Shown piece after piece: positions 50,813-52,406 of a stretch of DNA of 52,406 nt. A program made the position numbers and the translations under genes. Source of the stretch: Octopus bimaculoides (taxonomy: Eukaryota); contig NC_068987.1 of assembly GCF_001194135.2 (NCBI RefSeq), positions 841,594 to 893,999 of the forward strand, read 5' to 3'. Under the pieces are notes generated by a model, which was not told the DNA's origin, searched no databases, and saw only the letters and a list, made by a program, of their open reading frames with translations. The first letter of the stretch is position 1. Each line of letters starts with the position of its first letter.

Positions 50813-50853
<41 letters not shown>

Positions 50854-51595
50854 NNNNNNNNNNNNNNNNNNNNNNNNNNNNNNNNNNNNNNNNNNNNNNN
50901 NNNNNNNNNNNNNNNNNNNNNNNNNNNNNNNNNNNNNNNNNNNNNNNNNNNNNNNNNNNNNNNNNNNNNNNNNNNNNNNNNNNNNNNNNNNNNNNNNNNN
51001 NNNNNNNNNNNNNNNNNNNNNNNNNNNNNNNNNNNNNNNNNNNNNNNNNNNNNNNNNNNNNNNNNNNNNNNNNNNNNNNNNNNNNNNNNNNNNNNNNNNN
51101 NNNNNNNNNNNNNNNNNNNNNNNNNNNNNNNNNNNNNNNNNNNNNNNNNNNNNNNNNNNNNNNNNNNNNNNNNNNNNNNNNNNNNNNNNNNNNNNNNNNN
51201 NNNNNNNNNNNNNNNNNNNNNNNNNNNNNNNNNNNNNNNNNNNNNNNNNNNNNNNNNNNNNNNNNNNNNNNNNNNNNNNNNNNNNNNNNNNNNNNNNNNN
51301 NNNNNNNNNNNNNNNNNNNNNNNNNNNNNNNNNNNNNNNNNNNNNNNNNNNNNNNNNNNNNNNNNNNNNNNNNNNNNNNNNNNNNNNNNNNNNNNNNNNN
51401 NNNNNNNNNNNNNNNNNNNNNNNNNNNNNNNNNNNNNNNNNNNNNNNNNNNNNNNNNNNNNNNNNNNNNNNNNNNNNNNNNNNNNNNNNNNNNNNNNNNN
51501 NNNNNNNNNNNNNNNNNNNNNNNNNNNNNNNNNNNNNNNNNTATATATATAAAATGAGAGAGAGAGAGGGAAAGAGAAAGTGTGAGAGAGGGACA

Positions 51596-51611
51596 AAAGA
51601 TAGATAGATAA

Positions 51612-51659
<48 letters not shown>
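51596..51659. repeat. (GATA)n microsatellite
   Basis: Directly visible. Confidence 0.95.
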
Positions 51660-52000
51660 GTATCCATGCCCTCCTTAATGAATTTACAAAAGCATATTAT
51701 GACCGGTCACCTGACCTGCTCGGTGACAATGTTGTAGAGAGAATGGAATCATTTTCTGTCGTCATCAGGAGGTGGAACCAATGGAAACTGTTCACTTTCG
51801 ACTCGGTGTCGCCTCAGCCGCCACTATGTCTAAAACTACATGTTAGACACACACAAACATAGACCCATAAAGATGCACTCATATAGTTACACTGACACAC
51901 ACAAACACCCGCAGACATATACACACATAAAAGAGCAGACACACATAGTCTAACTCGCATGTCTATATTCATGCAAGTGTGTGCTTTGTTGGACACACAC

Positions 52001-52040
<40 letters not shown>

Positions 52041-52406
52041 TTACATAAGAATATGCTTCTACATACACCCAGGGACGTATATGTGAATTAGAAAGGCGTT
52101 ATGGATATTGAAAGAAGTGTAACTGTCGTTGCTGTACTACAACAAAAGACGGACCTGATATTGGAACAGAGCCTCTATTCTCAGTGGTTCCAGGCGTGAC
52201 CATATCACCTGTCTATTTTGGCAATTTCTTCTTTCTCTATTTAAGAGACAAAATCTTCACTTGACGAAGTATTATGGAGAATAACTTACACAAAAACACA
52301 CACACACACGCACGTAACACACACGCGGGCGGGCGCACACATAGGGGTCGGCGGGACCACACACACGCACACACAAACACACACGCGCGAGCGGGCGTAA
52401 GCTCTT

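Larger units (their letters stand above)
17165..51541. other. Eleven assembly gaps (N runs): 17165-17592, 20395-20718, 21559-21938, 32340-32552, 33146-33924, 34758-35479, 36065-36791, 44280-44430, 45852-46376, 47756-48000, 50854-51541
   Basis: Directly visible; most are flanked on at least one side by simple repeats. Confidence 0.98.

Noticed and set aside
16689-51667. All 100-370 aa ORFs containing X runs
   Set aside because: They are open only because N-gaps contain no stop codons; the flanks are microsatellites.
51735-51775. Minus-strand CTGATGA-cgaca-GAAA with a possible stem III (hammerhead-like)
   Set aside because: No complementary stem I flanks the core, and there is no PLE context.

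Overview
Repeat-dense animal genomic DNA, most likely a coleoid cephalopod (Octopus); this is an inference from the SINE families and the extreme microsatellite load. It is a draft scaffold with 11 N-gaps totalling about 5.2 kb. I find no confidently identifiable host-gene CDS, no tRNA or rRNA genes and no CRISPR, so the window reads as a large intron or intergenic region. Nearly all long ORFs in the track are microsatellite or N-gap artefacts. What can be supported is a layered TE graveyard: a decayed Penelope-like RT (about 850-2400, minus) split by a SINE; a separate Penelope GIY-YIG endonuclease end followed by a degenerate hammerhead-ribozyme motif (about 6000-6740, minus); CR1, RTE-like and three RLE-type LINE fragments; a Helitron helicase C-terminus (about 27220-28245); an ~805-bp foldback/MITE; and about 20 copies of three tRNA-related SINE families. 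The most interesting observations are the hammerhead relic, recurrent microsatellite foldback palindromes, a stem-loop shared by two SINE families, a SINE carrying a built-in microsatellite, the MITE, and a few microexon or recursive-splice-like signals. I did not find a clearly new biological system; the speculative items are scored accordingly. TE boundaries are approximate and family labels come from recalled motifs, not database searches.
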